DNA of 64,000 bases from NCBI GenBank assembly GCA_944387375.1, contig CALXEQ010000006.1, positions 9,066 to 73,065 on the forward strand, in the 5' to 3' direction. The notes beneath the pieces were generated by a model, which did no database searches, was not told the DNA's origin, and saw nothing but the letters and a program-made list of their open reading frames with translations. Source of the DNA: an uncultured Clostridia bacterium (GTDB lineage Bacteria; Bacillota; Clostridia; TANB77; CAG-465). The position numbers and the translations under genes were made by a program. Below are positions 19,937-27,632 of this stretch, in pieces. The first letter of the stretch is position 1, and each line of letters begins with the position of its first letter.

Positions 19937-20107
19937 TATATTTTTAAAATTCATTTAATATATTTTGTGTTTTTAAGTTTTTTTGTCATTATATATTTCT
20001 TCATTCTTTTATTCTGTCATAATTTATAGTGACATTTCTGAAAAATAAAATTTACTATTTATATAGTGACATTATCACAAGTTAATCACAAAAAATTAAA
20101 AAGAAAG

Positions 20108-20136
20108 TTGACATATTTATGAAATAGTTGTATAAT
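20108..20136 (+). promoter_or_regulatory. Sigma-A promoter inside the cassette
   Basis: TTGACA-N17-TATAAT. Confidence 0.7.
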
Positions 20137-20258
20137 AAACTTATTTAAAAGCAACCACTTTATATTTAATAATAAAAAGGAAGGAGGATATTAAAAAAAT
20201 TAATTTATATCAAAGTAACTTGCATAAACAAAATTTTAATAAATAGGAGGTAAAAATT

Positions 20259-20856
20259 ATGAAATCTTCAAAATTTATAATTATTGTTTTTTTATTAGTT
20301 ACATTTATTTTATTTTTTAACTTTAATTTGTGTTTTGCTATTACAACAGATAATATAAAGTATGTTACAGGATATAATGATTTTCATCTTTATGCTACAT
20401 CTGATTTTAGTCAATTTCAATATGGAAATAATTGTGCACCTACTGCTATTGCTAATATTATTGAATATTATTGTAAAGTGAGAGGAGTTAATATGTATTC
20501 AGGATATATAACTCAGTCAATGTACGATCAGATTTGTGCTGATTGTAATTATTCAATAGATACAGGTACAGTAATGATAAATGCAGTCAATCGGATTAAA
20601 AAAATATGTTTCTAGATATGGAAAAACTTGTGTAACTAATAGATATTGGTTAAATTTGTGGTCAGATGTAACTAGAGATATTAATGATAATAAATTAATA
20701 TTATTTTCTGTAAAAAATGAAGATCATGTTTATGTTGGTGTTGGATATAGTGAAGAGAGAAGAGCTATCTATAGTCTTACTAACTGGGACGGTATATTAA
20801 TGAAATGGGTTCCTTTAGAAGATGCATATTATATGTGTAGTGTGGATATATATTAA
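20259..20856 (+). pseudogene. Secreted C39-like (papain-fold) cysteine peptidase split by a +1 frameshift near 20592-20604
   Basis: ORF1 has a signal peptide and NNCAPTAIANI (Cys motif); ORF2 has DHVYVGVGY (His motif); removing one base gives a single 198-aa protein. Confidence 0.7.
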
Positions 20857-20863
20857 AAACGTC

Positions 20864-20909
20864 AAGTATTTAGTATTATAATAAAATATTATAATACTAA
20901 ATACTTTTT
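20864..20909 (+). terminator. Perfect 20-bp inverted repeat, probable terminator
   Basis: AAGTATTTAGTATTATAATA-aaa-TATTATAATACTAAATACTT followed by T residues. Confidence 0.65.
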
Positions 20910-20947
20910 GTTGCTTTTTTAATAAATTTATGTTATTTTATTTTTAG

Positions 20948-21385
20948 GTGATATATGTGAAAAAGAAAATATTTATAGTTGTTTTTATATTATTTTTAAT
21001 AGTATTATTATTTTTTGCTATATATAATTTATATTTTAATATAGATTTTTTGAATATGAGATTATATAGAGATTATTTAGATGTATATAGAATTGTTGAT
21101 AATGAAAATAATATACAAATTATACCAATTAAATTAAGTGAAGAGGAAGAAGATAATTTTTTTAATATATTATCTAGAGATAATTATAGTCAAATTCTTT
21201 TTCATTCTGGATTTTTAACAAAATCAATGAAATTTACTATAGTAAATAATAGAAGTGGAAAAGAACTTAATTTGTTTTTTCAACCATATTATTTAGAAAT
21301 TAAGGATGGTATTTCAGATAAAGTTTTTGAAATTAAAAATTATAATGTATTAGATAAAATAAATCAGATATATTATAATAATTAA
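20948..21385 (+). CDS. Hypothetical membrane-anchored/secreted protein (start probably GTG 20957)
   Basis: Basic N-terminus plus one hydrophobic helix; AGGTGA RBS. Confidence 0.65.
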   Translation: MIYVKKKIFIVVFILFLIVLLFFAIYNLYFNIDFLNMRLYRDYLDVYRIVDNENNIQIIPIKLSEEEEDNFFNILSRDNYSQILFHSGFLTKSMKFTIVNNRSGKELNLFFQPYYLEIKDGISDKVFEIKNYNVLDKINQIYYNN

Positions 21386-21389
21386 AGAG

Positions 21390-21534
21390 TATATCAGTAC
21401 ATTTTGTACTGATATTTTTTGCATAAAAAAACAAGTAACTTTAATAAGCTACTTGTTTTACCATTTTACTGGAGCTGAAACTCAGATTCGAACTGAGGAC
21501 CTACGGTTTACAAGACCGTTGCTCTACCAGCTGA
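21390..21534. repeat. Direct repeat copy 2 (145 bp)
   Basis: Matches 19792-19936; includes the hairpins ATATCAGTAC/GTACTGATAT and AAACAAGTA/TACTTGTTT. Confidence 0.95.
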
Positions 21535-21545
21535 GCTATTCCAGC
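21470..21545 (-). tRNA. tRNA-Thr(UGU)
   Basis: GCTGGAATAGCTCAGCTGGTAGAGC...CT-TGT-AA...GTTCGAATC...CCA, 76 nt. Confidence 0.97.
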
Positions 21546-21559
21546 AATATACTTTTAAA

Positions 21560-21634
21560 TGGTGACCCGTAGGAGAGTCGAACTCCTCACTCCGCCGTGA
21601 AAGGGCGATGTCTTAACCGATTGACCAACGGGCC
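21560..21634 (-). tRNA. tRNA-Glu(UUC)
   Basis: GGCCCGTTGGTCAATCGGTTAAGAC...CT-TTC-AC...GTTCGACTC...CCA, 75 nt. Confidence 0.97.
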
Positions 21635-21641
21635 CCATTTG

Positions 21642-21717
21642 TGGTGAGCCATCGCAGATTCGAACTGCGGACAACTTGATTAAAAGTCAAGTGCTCTGCC
21701 AACTGAGCTAATGGCCC
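21642..21717 (-). tRNA. tRNA-Lys(UUU)
   Basis: GGGCCATTAGCTCAGTTGGCAGAGC...CT-TTT-AA...GTTCGAATC...CCA, 76 nt. Confidence 0.97.
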
Positions 21718-21760
21718 ATCAAAGTATATTACAATCAGTTTCACAACTGACTGCGCATAT

Positions 21761-21789
21761 ATAATACTACAAATTGAAACCGTTGTCAA
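21761..21789 (-). promoter_or_regulatory. Sigma-A promoter of the tRNA Lys-Glu-Thr operon
   Basis: Minus strand TTGACA-N17-TATTAT with an A-rich UP element. Confidence 0.75.
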
Positions 21790-22147
21790 TACTTTTTTAA
21801 GAAAAAAGTAAAAAAATGCAAAAAATGTAAATAATAATATTCTACATATATTATATATCAAAAAATCTAGTTTTAGAATATTATTTAAAAAATATTGTAT
21901 GTTATATTCTATGATGTTAATATTATTTACGTGATTCAAATAATTAATGTATTTATTCTAAAAATTTTATTCTAAATTATTTATTCTATAATTTTTTTAT
22001 TTTTAATATATTTTTTCTTTAAATGTATTTTCTTGTGATATGTAAAATGGGAGGATAAGCATATATGCTAAATACATTTGCAACTTTGTTTTTTGCACAA
22101 TAAATTATTTGAATCACATGTTATTTTTTAGAAAGGTGTGTGATAAT

Positions 22148-22471
22148 ATGAAATTAAAATTTTTACTGTGTATTATGTGTATAAGTATGTCTATTATTTT
22201 CTCATATAGTGTATATGCAGCATCGTCTACACCTACTTTAGTTACTAAAATTAATTCTGCTTTTACTAAGATACAAGGTTATTTAGAAAAAATAGCTACG
22301 CCTATTGCTGGAGTATGTATTGCTAGTGGATTTTTGATAAGAAAACTTAGTTTGGGAGATGAGCAGAAAATGATAATGGGAAAAAGGATAATAATTAATA
22401 GTATTGTTGGGTATGCTGGTATTAGATTGTTAGATATAATTATAAAATTTGTAGAAACTGTAGTTAAATAA
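22148..22471 (+). CDS. TrbC/VirB2-like (T4SS pilin-like) protein
   Basis: Signal peptide ending VYA, amphipathic helix, two hydrophobic helices split by a GDEQK...GK loop; GAAAGGTG RBS. Confidence 0.6.
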   Translation: MKLKFLLCIMCISMSIIFSYSVYAASSTPTLVTKINSAFTKIQGYLEKIATPIAGVCIASGFLIRKLSLGDEQKMIMGKRIIINSIVGYAGIRLLDIIIKFVETVVK

Positions 22472-23268
22472 TGGAAGAACTGATTGAAAATATAAGCTCT
22501 ATAATTAGCAAACTATATTTATCTGTAGAAAATAAAGGATATGACATTTTAATGAAAATATCCGATATATCAGAAAATTTGTTCTCACAAAATCCTTTAA
22601 ATATTATATATAATGATACATATAGGATTTATATAGATTTGTTTATAAAAGTTGTTATATTTAGTTTTTTTATATTTTATTTTTTAAAATTATTATTATA
22701 TTTATATAGTGAAAACGGTATTGAGAATTTATATTACTTTATAATTAAAGTTATAATAGTATTGATTTTAAGTAGCAACTCATATTATATTTGTCAAAAA
22801 GCTGTATATTTTAATTTTTTGCTTACAGATACTATATCTAAATCTTTAGAAAATATAGCAAATATAGATATTAGTTATAATTATATAAAAGAAGAGAAAT
22901 ATTCTTTGCAAGAAATAATAGAATTTGATGATAAAACAAATATTGAAGGAGTTATAGATATTATAATATCTTTTTTTGTTATTAATATGATAATATTTCT
23001 TTGTGTAAGGTATGTAGTTGTAATACTAAGTATATTAATTTCCCCTTTTTCATTCTTAATGATTTTATCTAAAGAAACAAGAAAATTATTTTTCATTTGG
23101 CTTAAGTGTTTGGTATTTAGTCTTTTAATTCAAGTTGTTAATAAGATACTTCTTTTTATTATAATTATTTCTAAAGATAATAAAGAAATGTTTAGTGCTA
23201 TTTTAATTGGAACTCTTTTTATAATGTATAGATTAAATAGGAGCTTTTTATATGCAAAGGATAAATAA
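22471..23268 (+). CDS. TrbL/VirB6-like polytopic membrane protein
   Basis: 5-6 TMs with R-YVVVILSILISP-FSF...W-LK...LLIQV pattern typical of Gram-positive TrbL/VirB6; translationally coupled to the pilin-like gene. Confidence 0.55.
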   Translation: MEELIENISSIISKLYLSVENKGYDILMKISDISENLFSQNPLNIIYNDTYRIYIDLFIKVVIFSFFIFYFLKLLLYLYSENGIENLYYFIIKVIIVLILSSNSYYICQKAVYFNFLLTDTISKSLENIANIDISYNYIKEEKYSLQEIIEFDDKTNIEGVIDIIISFFVINMIIFLCVRYVVVILSILISPFSFLMILSKETRKLFFIWLKCLVFSLLIQVVNKILLFIIIISKDNKEMFSAILIGTLFIMYRLNRSFLYAKDK

Positions 23269-23590
23269 ACAAAAAACTTTTAATTTCTTCAAAAGAAAGA
23301 GTAAATGGCTGGGACTAATAGATTATAAGACCTTAACTTTTTTTATAATATATATTTTGATTGTAGTAAAAATTTTAAGTATAATTAATATTTCAAATAT
23401 ATTAAAATTATATATTTTTATTTATTTAGTTATTCCATTTATTATATTTATTCTGTTGAATATAAAAGAGGAAAGTATAATAGATAAATTATTTGTTATA
23501 TTAATATTTTTTATAAAAAGAAAAAAATTTATAAAGTTAAAAAATTATGCTAAACTTAACAAAAAGTATTTAAAAAATGTAGAAAAATAG
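23252..23590 (+). CDS. PrgI/VirB3-like small membrane protein
   Basis: K-W-LGLI-DYKTL, two TM helices and a basic F-IKRKK tail, the PrgI-like layout. Confidence 0.5.
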   Translation: MQRINKQKTFNFFKRKSKWLGLIDYKTLTFFIIYILIVVKILSIINISNILKLYIFIYLVIPFIIFILLNIKEESIIDKLFVILIFFIKRKKFIKLKNYAKLNKKYLKNVEK

Positions 23591-23662
23591 TATATTGTAA
23601 AATAGAAAATAAAGTGGTATAATAATCACCTAGATGTAATAAGAATTATAGGAGATTTTTTT

Positions 23663-24628
23663 ATGAAATTTATAATGAAAAATAAACTGGAACTAGGAGA
23701 TACATTAGTGCCAGATTTGTTTATTATTAACAATATGAAAAATTTGCAGGGAAATGATATTAAGGTTTATATTTATATTCTATACTTATTAAAAAAAGGT
23801 GATGAAATAGATTTAAATGATTTAGCAAAGGACTTGGATTTAACAGATAAAGAATTAAAATCTAGTTTGGAAGTATTGCAAGCAGAAGAATTAATAATTA
23901 AAAATTCGCAAGGATATAATGTTATAGATCTTAAAGAAATAGAAATAAATAAATCCTATACTCCAAAATTTGAAACTAAGGTAAATAGGCAATCTGTTAC
24001 AGAGCAACGAAGAAAAGCAGCGGCAGAAGCTATAAGTGAAAGCTTCTTTAATGGTGTTATGACTCTGGGATGGTATACAGATATAGGAAATTTATTTAAA
24101 TCGTATGCTTTTTCTGAAGATGTAATGATTGCATTATTTCAGTATTGTAAAGAAAGAAGAGCTTTAAATAAAAAGTATGTTTATGCGGTTGCAGAAACAT
24201 GGCATAATGGAGGAGTAAAAACTTTTGAACAACTTGAGAATTTTTTAGAAATGTATGATAAATTTACTAAAATTAAACAAAAAATTGTAAAAGCTTTAGG
24301 ACTTAGAAGAAATCTTTCAAAATATGAGGAAGTATATATAAAAAAATGGATTGAAGATTATAAATATGAGTTTGATATTATAGAAGAGGGATTAAAACGA
24401 AGCACGTCTACAACCAATCCATCAATAAAATATGTTGATGCTATAATAACTAGTTGGCATAATAAAGGATATACTAAAGTAGAAGAGATACAAAATGAGG
24501 AAAATATTCAAAAAGTTAATGATGAGAAAAAAGAAGTAAAAAAAGTTTCTGAATCTAAGAAAAAAAGTTATCAGAGTTATTCTCAAAGAGAGTATGATGC
24601 TTCAGATGATTTTTATGACGAGATATAA
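23663..24628 (+). CDS. DnaD domain replication protein
   Basis: N-terminal wHTH (IKVYIYILY) and two DnaD motifs (YVYAVAETW; YVDAIITSW). Confidence 0.85.
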   Translation: MKFIMKNKLELGDTLVPDLFIINNMKNLQGNDIKVYIYILYLLKKGDEIDLNDLAKDLDLTDKELKSSLEVLQAEELIIKNSQGYNVIDLKEIEINKSYTPKFETKVNRQSVTEQRRKAAAEAISESFFNGVMTLGWYTDIGNLFKSYAFSEDVMIALFQYCKERRALNKKYVYAVAETWHNGGVKTFEQLENFLEMYDKFTKIKQKIVKALGLRRNLSKYEEVYIKKWIEDYKYEFDIIEEGLKRSTSTTNPSIKYVDAIITSWHNKGYTKVEEIQNEENIQKVNDEKKEVKKVSESKKKSYQSYSQREYDASDDFYDEI

Positions 24629-24646
24629 GAGGGAGGGTAGAGTCAT

Positions 24647-25651
24647 ATGCAAAATACTGTTTTTAGAAAGGTTGAAAGAGATTATAATTTAAAAAGGCAA
24701 CGTGCTCAAAATGATGCTAAGTTGTATAAGAAAAATGTATATGACGAAAATCCAATATTGCAAGAAATAGAAGATGAAATTAATATGATTTCTTTAAAAT
24801 CAGCTAAAGCAAGGATTTTTTCAGATGATTTAAACAGAAGAAAAGAACAAGAAAAATTAGAATATAAGTTAAATAAATTAAATTGTAAATATGATGATGA
24901 ACTAAGAAAAATAGGGCTTACTAGAGAGGATTTTAAACCTAAATATGAATGCACTAAATGTAATGATACTGGTTTTTGTGACAATAAAATGTGTAGTTGC
25001 TTTAATCAAGAGTTAATAAATGAATCCTTTAAACAATCAAATTTAGCTAAGATAAAAGAAGAAAATTTTGAAACTTTTGATTTTGGATATTATTCTACTT
25101 GTAATAATAAGGAAAAGTATGGAATAGAAAAATCTCCACTTGAAAATATAGATGGTATTAGAAGACTTGCGTATAAATTTTCACATAGTTTAAATGATCC
25201 TGAACAAAAAAACTTGTTATTTACCGGTAGTACAGGACTTGGAAAAACATTTTTAGCTAATTGTGTGGCGTCAGAAGTTATAAAACACGGAAAATCTGTA
25301 ATATATCAAACAGCACCGATTTTATTGGATAAAATGGTAGAATATAAATTTAAATTTAATAAAACAGAATCAGATATTGAAGATTATGATAAGATTTTTG
25401 ATGTAGATTTATTAATAATAGATGATTTAGGAACTGAAGCTATGAATAGTGCTAAGTTTAGTGAATTATTTAATATATTAAATACCAGAATACTAAGAAA
25501 TAAGAAAATACTTATATCTACTAATTTGACACCTCAAGAGATAAAAAGAGAATATGAAGAAAGAATATTTTCTAGATTTGTAGGTGACTTTATAATTTGT
25601 AGATTTGTAGGAGAAGATATAAGGATTTTAAAGAAAAAAATGATGAAATAA
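24647..25651 (+). CDS. DnaC/DnaI-like helicase-loader AAA+ ATPase
   Basis: CTKCNDTG...CSC Zn site, GSTGLGKT, LLIIDDLG, STN, RIFSR. Confidence 0.88.
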   Translation: MQNTVFRKVERDYNLKRQRAQNDAKLYKKNVYDENPILQEIEDEINMISLKSAKARIFSDDLNRRKEQEKLEYKLNKLNCKYDDELRKIGLTREDFKPKYECTKCNDTGFCDNKMCSCFNQELINESFKQSNLAKIKEENFETFDFGYYSTCNNKEKYGIEKSPLENIDGIRRLAYKFSHSLNDPEQKNLLFTGSTGLGKTFLANCVASEVIKHGKSVIYQTAPILLDKMVEYKFKFNKTESDIEDYDKIFDVDLLIIDDLGTEAMNSAKFSELFNILNTRILRNKKILISTNLTPQEIKREYEERIFSRFVGDFIICRFVGEDIRILKKKMMK

Positions 25652-25777
25652 AAAATAATTAAAGCAGAAATATTTTTAAAATTTAAGAATATTTTTGCTT
25701 TTTTTGACTTTTGTGATATAATACTATGCGTATTTTAAACATCATGGACGAATAATAATTTATGAGGAAGTGATAAA

Positions 25778-26545
25778 ATGAATAATTTTAATTTTTATGT
25801 TTTAGGAAATCATTCTCCCAATATCAGAATGTTTGGAAAGTATAAATGTACTTGCTATATGCTTAATGGATTTAGTAAAAATATATTTTTAGATTTTGGT
25901 GCTGGAATATTTTTAAAATTTTTAAGACTTATTAAAAGAGAAAAAATAGATATAAATAATATTATGATTATTATATCTCATAATCATTTAGATCATAATT
26001 TATCACTTATGTTATTTGCAATATATTTGTGGGTATATAATTTATTTCATAGAAAAAATAAAAAGGTAAATGTTATTTTACCTAATAATAATTTTATGTA
26101 TAAGTTTGTTAAGTTATTTAAAAATGAATATGAAGTGAACATACTTACAAAAGATATTAAATTTGATATGGATGGTTGTAAGTTTAGTTTTTGTGAGACT
26201 ATTCATAAAGGCGGCTCTTATGCAACTAAAATAGAAAATGAAAATGGTATTTTTATTTATGTTTCAGATTTAGCTAAAGTATCTAAACCGTTATCAAGCT
26301 TTGTAAAAAATGCAAATGTTGTTATGGTAGATTCAGGATATCCTTTTAAAAAGTTAGATTCTTTTTTAGATTATCATGGTATGACACAGGATATAATGTA
26401 TGATTTATATGAATGTAATATAAAAAAGATTTTAGCAACACATCTTAGAATATGTTATAAAAAGGAAAATTATATTCAGAAATTCCCAGAAAAAGCAAAT
26501 GTTAAGTTGGTAAGGGAGAATAGTACATATAATTTATTTAAATAA
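25778..26545 (+). CDS. Metallo-beta-lactamase-fold hydrolase (RNase Z-like, divergent)
   Basis: LDFGAG, SHNHLDH, TIH, YVSD, YHG, ATH motifs. Confidence 0.75.
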   Translation: MNNFNFYVLGNHSPNIRMFGKYKCTCYMLNGFSKNIFLDFGAGIFLKFLRLIKREKIDINNIMIIISHNHLDHNLSLMLFAIYLWVYNLFHRKNKKVNVILPNNNFMYKFVKLFKNEYEVNILTKDIKFDMDGCKFSFCETIHKGGSYATKIENENGIFIYVSDLAKVSKPLSSFVKNANVVMVDSGYPFKKLDSFLDYHGMTQDIMYDLYECNIKKILATHLRICYKKENYIQKFPEKANVKLVRENSTYNLFK

Positions 26546-26575
26546 AGCACCTCAGTACATATGAGGCGCTTTTTT
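26545..26575. terminator. Bidirectional terminator
   Basis: AAAGCACCTCA...TGAGGCGCTTTTT. Confidence 0.7.
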
Positions 26576-27500
26576 AATAATTATATTCTTCACGTTTTCT
26601 TTCTATTTTTAGTAGTTGTTCGTAAAGTTTTTCTTCTCTCTCAGAGATGTCGTCAGGTAAGTCTATATGAACTTTTAAATTTAAGTCTCCTCTTTGACCG
26701 TCTTCTTTAATATAGCCTTTGTTTGGAACAGTTACTATTTCTCCATCTCTTAGATGTTTAGGTAGTGACACAAATAATTTTTCATCCATTACTTGTAATT
26801 TATATTTACCTCCAAGAGCTGCTACTGCTGGAGTTATATCTATTTCTTTTATTAGATCCGATCCTGCTAATTTAAATTCATCATTTTCAAGGAGATTTAC
26901 ATGTATTATTAAGTCTCCATTTTTTCCACCATTTTTTCCAGGGTTACCTAAAGCGGCAAGTCTTATTTTATCACCACTTTTTATTCCGATAGGCACTTTT
27001 ACAGAAAAAGTTTTCATTCCTGTTCTATATGCTTTAATTGCAATCTTTTTTTCGGCACCAAAAAATCCTTCTTCTAATGTAACATCAAGATGAGTTACAA
27101 TGTCAGTACCTTTTATAGGTTTTTGTTTTCTTTCAACACTATCTATATCATTATTATTTTGTGCAGATGAATCTTTTCTAAGTCCAAGTATTTGATTTAA
27201 TAAGTCATTGAAAACATTTGCACCAGATTTAAATTCATATTTTACATCTTGTAGTCCTGATTCTAAGTTAGCAAACCCATATCCATATTTAGCAACTTGT
27301 CTATCATATTTTCTTCTTTTTTCAGGATCCATTAAAACTGCATAAGCTTCATTTATGTCTTTAAATTTGTCTTCAGCTTCAGCACTTTTGTTTTTATCTG
27401 GATGATACTCTTTAGCAAGTCTTCTAAAGTTAAGTTTTATGTCTTGAACAGAACTTTTTCTGTTTACTTCCAATATTTCATAATAGTTTTTGTATTTCAT
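26574..27500 (-). CDS. DnaJ class B co-chaperone (CbpA-like, no zinc finger)
   Basis: J-domain with HPD and DnaJ C-terminal domains (GDLIIHV, GDLNLKV). Confidence 0.88.
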   Translation of the reverse strand: MKYKNYYEILEVNRKSSVQDIKLNFRRLAKEYHPDKNKSAEAEDKFKDINEAYAVLMDPEKRRKYDRQVAKYGYGFANLESGLQDVKYEFKSGANVFNDLLNQILGLRKDSSAQNNNDIDSVERKQKPIKGTDIVTHLDVTLEEGFFGAEKKIAIKAYRTGMKTFSVKVPIGIKSGDKIRLAALGNPGKNGGKNGDLIIHVNLLENDEFKLAGSDLIKEIDITPAVAALGGKYKLQVMDEKLFVSLPKHLRDGEIVTVPNKGYIKEDGQRGDLNLKVHIDLPDDISEREEKLYEQLLKIERKREEYNY

Positions 27501-27632
27501 ATAGTACCCCTTTAAAAACTAATAGTTTAACTGTTTTTTATTATATCATATTTAATGTAAAATTCAAGATTATTAACTTGCTTTTTTATTTTTTTTTTAG
27601 TATAATATGGGAGTGAAAACACAAACGGAGGT

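Larger units (their letters stand above)
19792..21534. mobile_element. Small tRNA-Thr-integrated island/cassette without an integrase (1598-bp repeat spacing)
   Basis: Flanked by direct repeats containing the tRNA 3' end; carries its own promoter and two cargo genes. Confidence 0.7.

Noticed and set aside
20177-20250. Strong Shine-Dalgarno (AAGGAAGGAGG) suggesting a small leader peptide
   Set aside because: No canonical start codon at the proper spacing; at most a decayed gene start
21613-21939. 108-aa minus-strand ORF
   Set aside because: Overlaps tRNA-Lys, tRNA-Glu and their promoter; spurious
23663-25651. DnaD plus DnaC-like pair as a prophage or ICE replication module
   Set aside because: This two-DnaD-domain plus Zn-AAA+ pair is a normal chromosomal arrangement in Clostridia; no phage genes or integrase nearby
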